A DNA stretch of 64,000 bases, from positions 169,880,001 through 169,944,000 of the forward strand of contig OZ024741.1 of NCBI GenBank assembly GCA_964016885.1, read 5' to 3'. Shown here in pieces: positions 15,001 to 30,000 of this stretch. The position numbers and the translations under genes were made by a program. Position 1 is the stretch's first letter. Each line of letters begins with the position of its first letter. Below the pieces are notes generated by a model. That model searched no databases. It saw nothing but the letters and a program-made list of their open reading frames with translations, and was not told where the DNA came from. Origin of the DNA: Eledone cirrhosa (lineage: Eukaryota).

Positions 15001-18000
15001 TGTGTGTATCTGTGTGTATGTATAGGTGGAGGTGTGTGTGTGTATATGTGTGTATGTATAGGTGGAGGTATATGTGTGTATCTGTGTGTATGTATAGGTG
15101 GAGGTGTGTGTGTGTATATGTGTGTATGTATAGGTGGAGGTGTATGTGTGTATCTGTGTGTATGTATAGGTGGAGGTGTATGTGTGTATATGTGTGTATG
15201 TATAGGTGGAGGTGTATGTGTGTATATGTGTGTATGTATAGGTGGAGGTGTATGTGTGTAGCTGTGTGTGTATAGGTGGAGGTGTATGTGTGCAGCTGTG
15301 TGTATAGTTGGCGGTGTATGTGTGTATCTGTGTGTGTGTGTATAGGTGGAGGTGTATGTGTTTAGCTGTGTGTATAGGTGGCGGTGTATGTGTGTAGCTG
15401 TGTATGTATAGGTGGAGGTGTATGTGTGTAGCTGTGTGTGTATAGGTGGAGGTGTATGTGTTTATAGATGGAGGTGTATGTGTGTATCTGTGTATGTATA
15501 GGTGGTGGTGTATGTGTGTATGTATAGGTGGAGGTGTATGTGTGTATCTGTGTGTATGTATAGGTGGAGGTGTATGTGTGTATCTGTGTATTTATAGGTG
15601 GAGGTGTATGTGTGTATCTGTGTGTGTATAGGTGGAGGTGTATGTGTGTATCTGTGTATGTATAGGTGGAGGTGTATGTGTGTATCTGTGTATGTATAGG
15701 TGGAGCTGTATGTGTGTAGCTGTGTGTGTATAGGTGGAGGTGTATGTGTGTATCTGTGTGTATGTATAGGTGGAGGTGTATGTGTGTATCTGTGTGTATG
15801 TATAGGTGGAGGTGTATGTGTGTATCTGTGTGTGTATAGGTGGAGGTGTATGTGTGTATCTGTGTGTATAGGTGGAGGTGTATGTGTCTATCTGTGTGTG
15901 TATAGGTGGAGGTGTATGTGTGTATGTGTATCTGTGTATAGGTGGAGGTGTATGTGTGTATCTGTGTGTGTATAGGTGGAGGTGTATGTGTGTAGCTGTG
16001 TGTATGTATAGGTGGAGGTGTATGTGTGTATCTGTGTGTGTATAGGTGGAGGTGTATGTGTGTAGCTGTGTGTGTATAGGTGGAGGTGTATGTGTGTATC
16101 TGTGTGTATAGGTGGAGGTGTATGTGTGTATCTGTGTGTGTATAGGTGGAGGTGTATGTGTGTATGTGTATCTGTGTATAGGTGGAGGTGTATGTGTGTA
16201 TCTGTGTGTGTATAGGTGGAGGTGTATGTGTGTAGCTGTGTCTGTATAGGTGGCGGTGTATGTGTGTATCTGTGTATGTATAGATGGAGGTGTATGTGTG
16301 TATCTGCGTGTGTATAGGTGGAGGTGTGTGTGTGTAGCTGTATGTATGTATAGGTGGAGGTGTATGTGTGTAGCTCTGTATGTATAGGTGGAGGTGTATG
16401 TGTGTTGCTGTGTGTGTATAGGTGGAAGTGTATGTGTGTAGCTGTGTGTGTGTATAGGTGGAGGTGTATGTGTGTAGCTGTGTGTGTATAGGTGGAGGTG
16501 TATGTGTGTAGCTGTGTATTTATAGGTGGAGGTGTATGTGTGTATCTGTGTGTGTATAGGTGGAGGTGCATTTGTGTATCTGTGTGTGTATAGGTGGAGG
16601 TGTATGTGTGTAGCTGTGTGTATGTATAGCTGGAGGTGTATGTGTGTAGCTGAGTGTGTATAGGTGGAGGTGTATGTATGTATCTGTGTATGTATAGGTG
16701 GAGGTGTATGTGTGTAGCTGTATGTATAGGTGGAGGTGTATGTGTGTATCTGTGTGTGTATAGATGGAGGTGTATGTGTGTATCTGTGTATGTATAGGTG
16801 GAGGTGTATGTGTGTATCTGTGTGTGTATAGATGGAGGTGTATGTGTGTATCTGTGTATGTATAGGTGGAGGTGTATGTGTGTATCTGTGTATGTATAGG
16901 TGGAGGTGTATGTATGTAGCTGTGTATGTATAGGTGGGGGTGTATGTGTGTATCTGTGTGTGTATAGGTGGAGGTGTATGTGTGTATCTGTGTGTATGTA
17001 TAGGTGGAGGTGTGTGTGTGTATATGTGTGTATGTATAGGTGGAGGTATATGTGTGTATCTGTGTATGTATAGGTGGAGGTGTATGTGTGTATCTGTGTG
17101 TGTGTATAGGTGGAGGTGTATGTCTATATCTGTGTGTGTGTATAGGTGGAGGTGTATGTGTGTATCTGTATGTGTGTATAGGTGGAGGTGTATGTGTGTA
17201 TCTGTGTGTATAGGTGGAGGTGTATGTGTGTATCTGTGTGTATGTATAGGTGGAGGTGTATGTGTGTATCTGTGTGTATAGGTGGAAGTGTATGTGTGTA
17301 GCTGTGTGTGTGTATAGGTGGAGGTGTATGTGTGTAGCTGTGTGTGTATAGGTGGAGGTGTATGTGTGTATCTGTGTGTATGTATAGGTGGAGGTGTATG
17401 TGTGTATCTGTGTATTTATAGGTGGAGGTGTATGTGTGTATCTGTGTGTGTATAGGTGGAGGTGTATGTGTGTATCTGTGTATGTATAGGTGGAGGTGTA
17501 TGTGTGTATCTGTGTATGTATAGGTGGAGCTGTATGTGTGTAGCTGTGTGTGTATAGGTGGAAGTGTATGTGTGTATCTGTGTGTATGTATAGGTGGAGG
17601 TGTATGTGTGTATCTGTGTGTATGTATAGGTGGAGGTGTATGTGTGTATCTGTGTGTGTATAGGTGGAGGTGTATGTGTGTATCTGTGTGTATAGGTGGA
17701 GGTGTATGTGTCTATCTGTGTGTGTATAGGTGGAGGTGTATGTGTGTATGTGTATCTGTGTATAGGTGGAGGTGTATGTGTGTATCTGTGTGTGTATAGG
17801 TGGAGGTGTATGTGTGTAGCTGTGTGTATGTATAGGTGGAGGTGTATGTGTGTATCTGTGTGTGTATAGGTGGAGGTGTATGTGTGTAGCTGTGTGTGTA
17901 TAGGTGGAGGTGTATGTGTGTATCTGTGTGTATAGGTGGAGGTGTATGTGTGTATCTGTGTGTGTATAGGTGGAGGTGTATGTGTGTATGTGTATCTGTG

Positions 18001-21000
18001 TATAGGTGGAGGTGTATGTGTGTATCTGTGTGTGTATAGGTGGAGGTGTATGTGTGTAGCTGTGTCTGTATAGGTGGCGGTGTATGTGTGTATCTGTGTA
18101 TGTATAGATGGAGGTGTATGTGTGTATCTGCGTGTGTATAGGTGGAGGTGTGTGTGTGTAGCTGTATGTATGTATAGGTGGAGGTGTATGTGTGTAGCTC
18201 TGTATGTATAGGTGGAGGTGTATGTGTGTTGCTGTGTGTGTATAGGTGGAAGTGTATGTGTGTAGCTGTGTGTGTGTATAGGTGGAGGTGTATGTGTGTA
18301 GCTGTGTGTGTATAGGTGGAGGTGTATGTGTGTAGCTGTGTATTTATAGGTGGAGGTGTATGTGTGTATCTGTGTGTGTATAGGTGGAGGTGCATTTGTG
18401 TATCTGTGTGTGTATAGGTGGAGGTGTATGTGTGTAGCTGTGTGTATGTATAGCTGGAGGTGTATGTGTGTAGCTGAGTGTGTATAGGTGGAGGTGTATG
18501 TATGTATCTGTGTATGTATAGGTGGAGGTGTATGTGTGTAGCTGTATGTATAGGTGGAGGTGTATGTGTGTATCTGTGTGTGTATAGATGGAGGTGTATG
18601 TGTGTATCTGTGTATGTATAGGTGGAGGTGTATGTGTGTATCTGTGTGTGTATAGATGGAGGTGTATGTGTGTATCTGTGTATGTATAGGTGGAGGTGTA
18701 TGTGTGTATCTGTGTATGTATAGGTGGAGGTGTATGTATGTAGCTGTGTATGTATAGGTGGGGGTGTATGTGTGTATCTGTGTGTGTATAGGTGGAGGTG
18801 TATGTGTGTATCTGTGTGTATGTATAGGTGGAGGTGTGTGTGTGTATATGTGTGTATGTATAGGTGGAGGTATATGTGTGTATCTGTGTATGTATAGGTG
18901 GAGGTGTATGTGTGTATCTGTGTGTGTGTATAGGTGGAGGTGTATGTCTATATCTGTGTGTGTGTATAGGTGGAGGTGTATGTGTGTATCTGTATGTGTG
19001 TATAGGTGGAGGTGTATGTGTGTATCTGTGTGTATAGGTGGAGGTGTATGTGTGTATCTGTGTGTATGTATAGGTGGAGGTGTATGTGTGTATCTGTGTG
19101 TATAGGTGGAAGTGTATGTGTGTAGCTGTGTGTGTGTATAGGTGGAGGTGTATGTGTGTAGCTGTGTGTGTATAGGTGGAGGTGTATGTGTGTAGCTGTG
19201 TATGTATAGGTGGAGGTGTATGTGTGTATCTGTGTGTATAGGTGGAAGTGTATGTGTGTAGCTGTGTGTGTGTATAGGTGGAGGTGTATGTGTGTAGCTG
19301 TGTGTGTATAGGTGGAGGTGTATGTGTGTAGCTGTGTATGTATAGGTGGAGGTGTATGTGTGTATCTGTGTGTGTATAGCTGGAGGTGTATTTGTGTAGC
19401 TGTGTGTGTATAGGTGGAGGTGTATGTGTGTATCTGTGTGTATGTATAGGTGGAGGTGTGTGTGTGTATATGTGTGTATGTATAGGTGGAGGTATATGTG
19501 TGTATCTGTGTGTATGTATAGGTGGAGGTGTGTGTGTGTATATGTGTGTATGTATAGGTGGAGGTGTATGTGTGTATCTGTGTGTATGTATAGGTGGAGG
19601 TGTATGTGTGTATATGTGTGTATGTATAGGTGGAGGTGTATGTGTGTATATGTGTGTATGTATAGGTGGAGGTGTATGTGTGTAGCTGTGTGTGTATAGG
19701 TGGAGGTGTATGTGTGCAGCTGTGTGTATAGTTGGCGGTGTATGTGTGTAGCTGTGTGTGTGTGTATAGGTGGAGGTGTATGTGTGTAGCTGTGTGTATA
19801 GGTGGCGGTGTATGTGTGTAGCTGTGTATGTATAGGTGGAGGTGTATGTGTGTAGCTGTGTGTGTATAGGTGGAGGTGTATGTGTGTATAGATGGAGGTG
19901 TATGTGTGTATCTGTGTATGTATAGGTGGTGGTGTATGTGTGTATGTATAGGTGGAGGTGTATGTGTGTATCTGTGTGTATGTATAGGTGGAGGTGTATG
20001 TGTGTATCTGTGTATGTATAGGTGGAGGTGTATGTGTGTATCTGTGTGTGTATAGGTGGAGGTGTATGTGTGTATCTGTGTATGTATAGGTGGAGGTGTA
20101 TGTGTGTATCTGTGTATGTATAGGTGGAGCTGTATGTGTGTAGCTGTGTGTGTATAGGTGGAGGTGTATGTGTGTATCTGTGTGTATGTATAGGTGGAGG
20201 CGTATGTGTGTATCTGTGTGTATGTATAGGTGGAGGTGTATGTGTGTATCTATGTGTGTATAGGTGGAGGTGTATGTGTGTATCTGTGTGTATAGGTGGA
20301 GGTGTATGTGTCTATCTGTGTGTGTATAGGTGGAGGTGTATGTGTGTATGTGTATCTGTGTATAGGTGGAGGTGTATGTGTGTATCTGTGTGTGTATAGG
20401 TGGAGGTGTATGTGTGTAGCTGTGTGTATGTATAGGTGGAGGTGTATGTGTGTATCTGTGTGTGTATAGGTGGAGGTGTATGTGTGTAGCTGTGTGTTTA
20501 TAGGTGGAGGTGTATGTGTGTATCTGTGTATATAGGTGGAGGTGTATGTGTGTATCTGTGTGTGTATAGGTGGAGGTGTATGTGTGTATGTGTATCTGTG
20601 TATAGGTGGAGGTGTATGTGTGTAGCTCTGTATGTATAGGTGGAGGTGTATGTGTGTTGCTGTGTGTGTATAGGTGGAAGTGTATGTGTGTAGCTGTGTG
20701 TGTGTATAGGTGGAGGTGTATGTTTGTATCTGTGTATGTATAGGTGGAGGTGGATGTGTGTATCTGTGTGTATAGGTGGAGGTGTATGTGTGTACGTGTA
20801 TCTGTGTATAGGTGGAGGTGTATGTGTGTATCTGTGTGTGTATAGGTGGAGGTGTATGTGTGTAGCTGTGTGTATGTATAGGTGGAGGTGTATGTGTGTA
20901 TCTGTGTATGTATAGGTGGAGGTGTATGTGTGTATCTGTGTGTGTATAGGTGGAGGTGTATGTGTGTAGCTGTGTGTGTATAGGTGGAGGTGTATGTGTG

Positions 21001-24000
21001 TATCTGTGTGTATAGGTGGCGGTGTATGTGTGTAGCTGTGTATGTATAGGTGGAGGTGTATGTGTGTAGCTGTGTGTGTATAGGTGGAGGTGTATGTGTG
21101 TATAGGTGGAGGTGTATGTGTGTATCTGTGTATGTATAGGTGGAGGTGTATGTGTGTATGTATAGGTGGAGGTGTATGTGTGTATCTGTGTGTGTGTATA
21201 GGTGGAGGTGTATGTCTATATCTGTGTGTGTGTATAGGTGGAGGTGTATGTGTGTATCTGTATGTGTGTATAGGTGGAGGTGTATGTGTGTATGTGTGTA
21301 TAGGTGGAGGTGTTTGTGTGTATCTGTGTGTATGTATAGGTGGAGGTGTATGTGTGTATCTGTGTGTATAGGTGGAAGTGTATGTGTGTAGCTGTGTGTG
21401 TGTATAGGTGGAGGTGTATGTGTGTAGCTGTGTGTGTATAGGTGGAGGTGTATGTGTGTAGCTGTGTATGTATAGGTGGAGGTGTATGTGTGTATCTGTG
21501 TGTATAGGTGGAAGTGTATGTGTGTAGCTGTGTGTGTGTATAGGTGGAGGTGTATGTGTGTAGCTGTGTGTGTATAGGTGGAGGTGTATGTGTGTAGCTG
21601 TGTATGTATAGGTGGAGGTGTATGTGTGTATCTGTGTGTGTATAGCTGGAGGTGTATTTGTGTAGCTGTGTGTGTATAGGTGGAGGTGTATGTGTGTATC
21701 TGTGTGTATGTATAGGTGGAGGTGTGTGTGTGTATATGTGTGTATGTATAGGTGGAGGTATATGTGTGTATCTGTGTGTATGTATAGGTGGAGGTGTGTG
21801 TGTGTATATGTGTGTATGTATAGGTGGAGGTGTATGTGTGTATCTGTGTGTATGTATAGGTGGAGGTGTATGTGTGTATATGTGTGTATGTATAGGTGGA
21901 GGTGTATGTGTGTATATGTGTGTATGTATAGGTGGAGGTGTATGTGTGTAGCTGTGTGTGTATAGGTGGAGGTGTATGTGTGCAGCTGTGTGTATAGTTG
22001 GCGGTGTATGTGTGTATCTGTGTGTGTGTGTATAGGTGGAGGTGTATGTGTTTAGCTGTGTGTATAGGTGGCGGTGTATGTGTGTAGCTGTGTATGTATA
22101 GGTGGAGGTGTATGTGTGTAGCTGTGTGTGTATAGGTGGAGGTGTATGTGTTTATAGATGGAGGTGTATGTGTGTATCTGTGTATGTATAGGTGGTGGTG
22201 TATGTGTGTATGTATAGGTGGAGGTGTATGTGTGTATCTGTGTGTATGTATAGGTGGAGGTGTATGTGTGTATCTGTGTATTTATAGGTGGAGGTGTATG
22301 TGTGTATCTGTGTGTGTATAGGTGGAGGTGTATGTGTGTATCTGTGTATGTATAGGTGGAGGTGTATGTGTGTATCTGTGTATGTATAGGTGGAGCTGTA
22401 TGTGTGTAGCTGTGTGTGTATAGGTGGAGGTGTATGTGTGTATCTGTGTGTATGTATAGGTGGAGGTGTATGTGTGTATCTGTGTGTATGTATAGGTGGA
22501 GGTGTATGTGTGTATCTGTGTGTGTATAGGTGGAGGTGTATGTGTGTATCTGTGTGTATAGGTGGAGGTGTATGTGTCTATCTGTGTGTGTATAGGTGGA
22601 GGTGTATGTGTGTATGTGTATCTGTGTATAGGTGGAGGTGTATGTGTGTATCTGTGTGTGTATAGGTGGAGGTGTATGTGTGTAGCTGTGTGTATGTATA
22701 GGTGGAGGTGTATGTGTGTATCTGTGTGTGTATAGGTGGAGGTGTATGTGTGTAGCTGTGTGTGTATAGGTGGAGGTGTATGTGTGTATCTGTGTGTATA
22801 GGTGGAGGTGTATGTGTGTATCTGTGTGTGTATAGGTGGAGGTGTATGTGTGTATGTGTATCTGTGTATAGGTGGAGGTGTATGTGTGTATCTGTGTGTG
22901 TATAGGTGGAGGTGTATGTGTGTAGCTGTGTCTGTATAGGTGGCGGTGTATGTGTGTATCTGTGTATGTATAGATGGAGGTGTATGTGTGTATCTGCGTG
23001 TGTATAGGTGGAGGTGTGTGTGTGTAGCTGTATGTATGTATAGGTGGAGGTGTATGTGTGTAGCTCTGTATGTATAGGTGGAGGTGTATGTGTGTTGCTG
23101 TGTGTGTATAGGTGGAAGTGTATGTGTGTAGCTGTGTGTGTGTATAGGTGGAGGTGTATGTGTGTAGCTGTGTGTGTATAGGTGGAGGTGTATGTGTGTA
23201 GCTGTGTATTTATAGGTGGAGGTGTATGTGTGTATCTGTGTGTGTATAGGTGGAGGTGCATTTGTGTATCTGTGTGTGTATAGGTGGAGGTGTATGTGTG
23301 TAGCTGTGTGTATGTATAGCTGGAGGTGTATGTGTGTAGCTGTGTGTGTATAGGTGGAGGTGTATGTATGTATCTGTGTATGTATAGGTGGAGGTGTATG
23401 TGTGTAGCTGTATGTATAGGTGGAGGTGTATGTGTGTATCTGTGTGTGTATAGATGGAGGTGTATGTGTGTATCTGTGTATGTATAGGTGGAGGTGTATG
23501 TGTGTATCTGTGTGTGTATAGATGGAGGTGTATGTGTGTATCTGTGTATGTATAGGTGGAGGTGTATGTGTGTATCTGTGTATGTATAGGTGGAGGTGTA
23601 TGTATGTAGCTGTGTATGTATAGGTGGGGGTGTATGTGTGTATCTGTGTGTGTATAGGTGGAGGTGTATGTGTGTATCTGTGTGTATGTATAGGTGGAGG
23701 TGTGTGTGTGTATATGTGTGTATGTATAGGTGGAGGTATATGTGTGTATCTGTGTATGTATAGGTGGAGGTGTATGTGTGTATCTGTGTGTGTGTATAGG
23801 TGGAGGTGTATGTCTATATCTGTGTGTGTGTATAGGTGGAGGTGTATGTGTGTATCTGTATGTGTGTATAGGTGGAGGTGTATGTGTGTATCTGTGTGTA
23901 TAGGTGGAGGTGTATGTGTGTATCTGTGTGTATGTATAGGTGGAGGTGTATGTGTGTATCTGTGTGTATAGGTGGAAGTGTATGTGTGTAGCTGTGTGTG

Positions 24001-27000
24001 TGTATAGGTGGAGATGTATGTGTGTAGCTGTGTGTGTATAGGTGGAGGTGTATGTGTGTAGCTGTGTATGTATAGGTGGAGGTGTATGTGTGTATCTGTG
24101 TGTATAGGTGGAAGTGTATGTGTGTAGCTGTGTGTGTGTATAGGTGGAGGTGTATGTGTGTAGCTGTGTGTGTATAGGTGGAGGTGTATGTGTGTAGCTG
24201 TGTATGTATAGGTGGAGGTGTATGTGTGTATCTGTGTGTGTATAGCTGGAGGTGTATTTGTGTAGCTGTGTGTGTATAGGTGGAGGTGTATGTGTGTATC
24301 TGTGTGTATGTATAGGTGGAGGTGTGTGTGTGTATATGTGTGTATGTATAGGTGGAGGTATATGTGTGTATCTGTGTGTATGTATAGGTGGAGGTGTGTG
24401 TGTGTATATGTGTGTATGTATAGGTGGAGGTGTATGTGTGTATCTGTGTGTATGTATAGGTGGAGGTGTATGTGTGTATATGTGTGTATGTATAGGTGGA
24501 GGTGTATGTGTGTATATGTGTGTATGTATAGGTGGAGGTGTATGTGTGTAGCTGTGTGTGTATAGGTGGAGGTGTATGTGTGCAGCTGTGTGTATAGTTG
24601 GCGGTGTATGTGTGTAGCTGTGTGTGTGTGTATAGGTGGAGGTGTATGTGTGTAGCTGTGTGTATAGGTGGCGGTGTATGTGTGTAGCTGTGTATGTATA
24701 GGTGGAGGTGTATGTGTGTAGCTGTGTGTGTATAGGTGGAGGTGTATGTGTGTATAGATGGAGGTGTATGTGTGTATCTGTGTATGTATAGGTGGTGGTG
24801 TATGTGTGTATGTATAGGTGGAGGTGTATGTGTGTATCTGTGTGTATGTATAGGTGGAGGTGTATGTGTGTATCTGTGTATGTATAGGTGGAGGTGTATG
24901 TGTGTATCTGTGTGTGTATAGGTGGAGGTGTATGTGTGTATCTGTGTATGTATAGGTGGAGGTGTATGTGTGTATCTGTGTATGTATAGGTGGAGCTGTA
25001 TGTGTGTAGCTGTGTGTGTATAGGTGGAGGTGTATGTGTGTATCTGTGTGTATGTATAGGTGGAGGCGTATGTGTGTATCTGTGTGTATGTATAGGTGGA
25101 GGTGTATGTGTGTATCTATGTGTGTATAGGTGGAGGTGTATGTGTGTATCTGTGTGTATAGGTGGAGGTGTATGTGTCTATCTGTGTGTGTATAGGTGGA
25201 GGTGTATGTGTGTATGTGTATCTGTGTATAGGTGGAGGTGTATGTGTGTATCTGTGTGTGTATAGGTGGAGGTGTATGTGTGTAGCTGTGTGTATGTATA
25301 GGTGGAGGTGTATGTGTGTATCTGTGTGTGTATAGGTGGAGGTGTATGTGTGTAGCTGTGTGTTTATAGGTGGAGGTGTATGTGTGTATCTGTGTATATA
25401 GGTGGAGGTGTATGTGTGTATCTGTGTGTGTATAGGTGGAGGTGTATGTGTGTATGTGTATCTGTGTATAGGTGGAGGTGTATGTGTGTAGCTCTGTATG
25501 TATAGGTGGAGGTGTATGTGTGTTGCTGTGTGTGTATAGGTGGAAGTGTATGTGTGTAGCTGTGTGTGTGTATAGGTGGAGGTGTATGTTTGTATCTGTG
25601 TATGTATAGGTGGAGGTGGATGTGTGTATCTGTGTGTATAGGTGGAAGTGTGTGTGTGTATAGGTGGAGGTGTATGTGTGTAGCTGTGTGTGTATAGGTG
25701 GAGGTGTATGTGTGTAGCTGTGTATATATAGGTGGAGGTGTATGTGTGTATCTGTGTGTGTATAGGTGGAGGTGTATTTGTGTAGCTGTGTGTGTATAGG
25801 TGGAGGTGTATGTGTGTATCTGTGGGTATGTATAGGTGGAGGTGTGTGTGTGTATATGTGTGTATGTATAGGTGGAGGTATATGTGTGTATCTGTGTGTA
25901 TGTATAGGTGGAGGTGTACGTGTGTATCTGTGTGTATGTATAGGTGGAGGTGTGTGTGTGTATATGTGTGTATGTATAGGTGGAGGTGTATGTGTGTATC
26001 TGTGTGTATGTATAGGTGGAGGTGTATGTGTGTATATGTGTGTATGTATAGGTGCAGGTGTATGTGTGTATATGTGTGTATGTATAGGTGGAGGTGTATG
26101 TGTGTAGCTGTGTGTGTATAGGTGGAGGTGTATGTGTGCAGCTGTGTGTATAGGTGGCGGTGTATGTGTGTAGCTGTGCGTTTGTGTATAGGTGGAGGTG
26201 TATGTGTGTAGCTGTGTGTATAGGTGGCGGTGTATGTGTGTAGCTGTGTATGTATAGGTGGAGGTGTATGTGTGTGGCTGTGTGTGTATAGGTGGAGGTG
26301 TATGTGTGTATAGGTGGAGGTGTATGTGTGTATCTGTGTATGTATAGGTGGAGGTGTATGTGTGTATGTATAGGTGGAGGTGTATGTGTGTATCTGTGTG
26401 TGTGTATAGGTGGAGGTGTATGTCTATATCTGTGTGTGTGTATAGGTGGAGGTGTATGTGTGTATCTGTATGTGTGTATAGGTGGAGGTGTATGTGTGTA
26501 TCTGTGTGTATAGGTGGAGGTGTATGTGTGTATCTGTGTGTATGTATAGGTGGAGGTGTATGTGTGTATCTGTGTGTATGTATAGGTGGAGATGTATGTG
26601 TGTATCTGTGTATGTATAGGTGGAGGTGTATGTGTGTATCTGTGTGTGTATAGGGGGAGGTGTATGTGTGTATCTGTGTATGTATAGGTGGAGGTGTATG
26701 TGTGTATCTGTGTATGTTTAGGTGGAGCTGTATGTGTGTAGCTGTGTGTGTATAGGTGGAGGTGTATGTGTGTATAGGTGGAGGTGTATGTGTGTATCTG
26801 TGTATGTATAGGTGGAGGTGTATTTGTGTAGCTGTGTGTATAGGTGGCGGTGTATGTGTGTAGCTGTGTGTGTGTGTATAGGTGGAGGTGTATGTGTGTA
26901 GCTGTGTGTATAGGTGGCGGTGTATGTGTGTAGCTGTGTATGTATAGGTGGAGGTGTATGTGTGTAGCTGTGTGTGTATAGGTGGAGATGTATGTGTGTA

Positions 27001-30000
27001 TCTGTGTATGTATGTGTGGATGTGTATGTGTGTATGTATAGGTGGAGGTGTATGTGTGTATCTGTGTATGTGTATAGGTGGAGGTGTATGTCTATATCTG
27101 TGTGTGTGTATAGGTGGAGGTGTATGTGTGTATCTGTATGTGTGTATAGGTGGAGGTGTATGTGTGTATCTGTGTGTATAGGTGGAGGTGTATGTGTGTA
27201 TCTGTGTGTATGTATAGGTGGAGGTGTATGTGTGTATCTGTGTGTATAGGTGGAGGTGTATGTGTGTAGCTGTGTGTGTGTATAGGTGGAGGTGTATGTG
27301 TGTAGCTGTGAGTGTATAGGTGGAGGTGTATGTGTGTATCTGTGTATGTATAGGTGGAGGTGTATGTGTGTATCTGTGTGTATAGGTGGAAGTGTATGTG
27401 TGTAGCTGTGTGTGTGTATAGGTGGAGGTGTATGTGTGTAGCTGTGTGTGTATAGGTGGAGGTGTATGTGTGTAGCTGTGTATGTATAGGTGGAGGTGTA
27501 TGTGTGTATCTGTGTGTGTATAGGTGGAGGTGTATTTGTGTAGCTGTGTGTGTATAGGTGGAGGTGTATGTGTGTATCTGTGTGTATGTATAGGTGGAGG
27601 TGTGTGTGTGTATATGTGTGTATGTATAGGTGGAGGTATATGTGTGTATCTGTGTGTATGTATAGGTGGAGGTGTATGTGTGTATCTGTGTGTATGTATA
27701 GGTGGAGGTGTGTGTGTGTATATGTGTGTATGTATAGGTGGAGGTGTATGTGTGTATCTGTGTGTATGTATAGGTGGAGGTGTATGTGTGTATATCTGTG
27801 TATGTATAGGTGCAGGTGTATGTCTATATCTGTGTGTGTGTATAGGTGGAGGTGTATGTGTGTATCTGTATGTGTGTATAGGTGGAGGTGTATGTGTGTA
27901 TCTGTGTGTATAGGTGGAGGTGTATGTGTGTATCTGTGTGTATGTATAGGTGGAGGTGTATGTGTGTATCTGTGTGTATGTATAGGTGGAGGTGAATGTG
28001 TGTATCTGTGTATGTATAGGTGGAGGTGTATGTGTGTATCTGTGTGTGTATAGGTGGAGGTGTATGTGTGTATGTGTATGTATAGGTGGAGGTGTATGTG
28101 TGTATCTGTGTATGTATAGGTGGAGCTGTATGTGTGTAGCTGTGTGTGTATAGGTGGAGGTGTATGTGTGTATCTGTGTGTATGTATAGGTGGAGGTGTA
28201 TGTGTGTAGCTGTGTGTGTATAGGTGGAGGTGTATGTGTGTATCTGTGTGTATAGGTGGCGGTGTATGTGTGTAGCTGTGTATGTATAGGTGGAGATGTA
28301 TGTGTGTAGCTGTGTGTGTATAGGTGGAGGTGTATGTGTGTATAGGTGGAGGTGTATGTGTGTATATGTGTGTGTATAGGTGGAGGTGTATGTGTGTACG
28401 TGTATCTGTGTATAGGTGGAGGTGTATGTGTGTATCTGTGTGTGTATAGGTGGAGGTGTATGTGTGTAGCTGTGTGTATGTATAGGTGGAGGTGTATGTG
28501 TGTATCTGTGTATGTATAGGTGGAGGTGTATGTGTGTATCTGTGTGTGTATAGGTGGAGGTGTATGTGTGTAGCTGTGTGTGTATAGGTGGAGGTGTATG
28601 TGTGTATCTGTGTGTATAGGTGGCGGTGTATGTGTGTAGCTGTGTATGTATAGGTGGAGGTGTATGTGTGTAGCTGTGTGTGTATAGGTGGAGGTGTATG
28701 TGTGTATAGGTGGAGGTGTATGTGTGTATGTATAGGTGGAGGTGTATGTGTGTATCTGTGTGTGTGTATAGGTGGAGGTGTATGTCTATATCTGTGTGTG
28801 TGTATAGGTGGAGGTGTATGTGTGTATCTGTATGTGTGTATAGGTGGAGGTGTATGTGTGTATGTGTGTATAGGTGGAGGTGTATGTGTGTATCTGTGTG
28901 TATGTATAGGTGGAGGTGTATGTGTGTATCTGTGTGTATAGGTGGAAGTGTATGTGTGTAGCTGTGTGTGTGTATAGGTGGAGGTGTATGTGTGTAGCTG
29001 TGTGTGTATAGGTGGAGGTGTATGTGTGTAGCTGTGTATGTATAGGTGGAGGTGTATGTGTGTATCTGTGTGTATAGGTGGAAGTGTATGTGTGTAGCTG
29101 TGTGTGTGTATAGGTGGAGGTGTATGTGTGTAGCTGTGTGTGTATAGGTGGAGGTGTATGTGTGTAGCTGTGTATGTATAGGTGGAGGTGTATGTGTGTA
29201 TCTGTGTGTGTATAGCTGGAGGTGTATTTGTGTAGCTGTGTGTGTATAGGTGGAGGTGTATGTGTGTATCTGTGTGTATGTATAGGTGGAGGTGTGTGTG
29301 TGTATATGTGTGTATGTATAGGTGGAGGTATATGTGTGTATCTGTGTGTATGTATAGGTGGAGGTGTGTGTGTGTATATGTGTGTATGTATAGGTGGAGG
29401 TGTATGTGTGTATCTGTGTGTATGTATAGGTGGAGGTGTATGTGTGTATATGTGTGTATGTATAGGTGGAGGTGTATGTGTGTATATGTGTGTATGTATA
29501 GGTGGAGGTGTATGTGTGTAGCTGTGTGTGTATAGGTGGAGGTGTATGTGTGCAGCTGTGTGTATAGTTGGCGGTGTATGTGTGTAGCTGTGTGTGTGTG
29601 TATAGGTGGAGGTGTATGTGTTTAGCTGTGTGTATAGGTGGCGGTGTATGTGTGTAGCTGTGTATGTATAGGTGGAGGTGTATGGGTGTAGCTGTGTGTG
29701 TATAGGTGGAGGTGTATGTGTTTATAGATGGAGGTGTATGTGTGTATCTGTGTATGTATAGGTGGTGGTGTATGTGTGTATGTATAGGTGGAGGTGTATG
29801 TGTGTATCTGTGTGTATGTATAGGTGGAGGTGTATGTGTGTATCTGTGTATGTATAGGTGGAGGTGTATGTGTGTATCTGTGTGTGTATAGGTGGAGGTG
29901 TATGTGTGTATCTGTGTATGTATAGGTGGAGGTGTATGTGTGTATCTGTGTATGTATAGGTGGAGCTGTATGTGTGTAGCTGTGTGTGTATAGGTGGAGG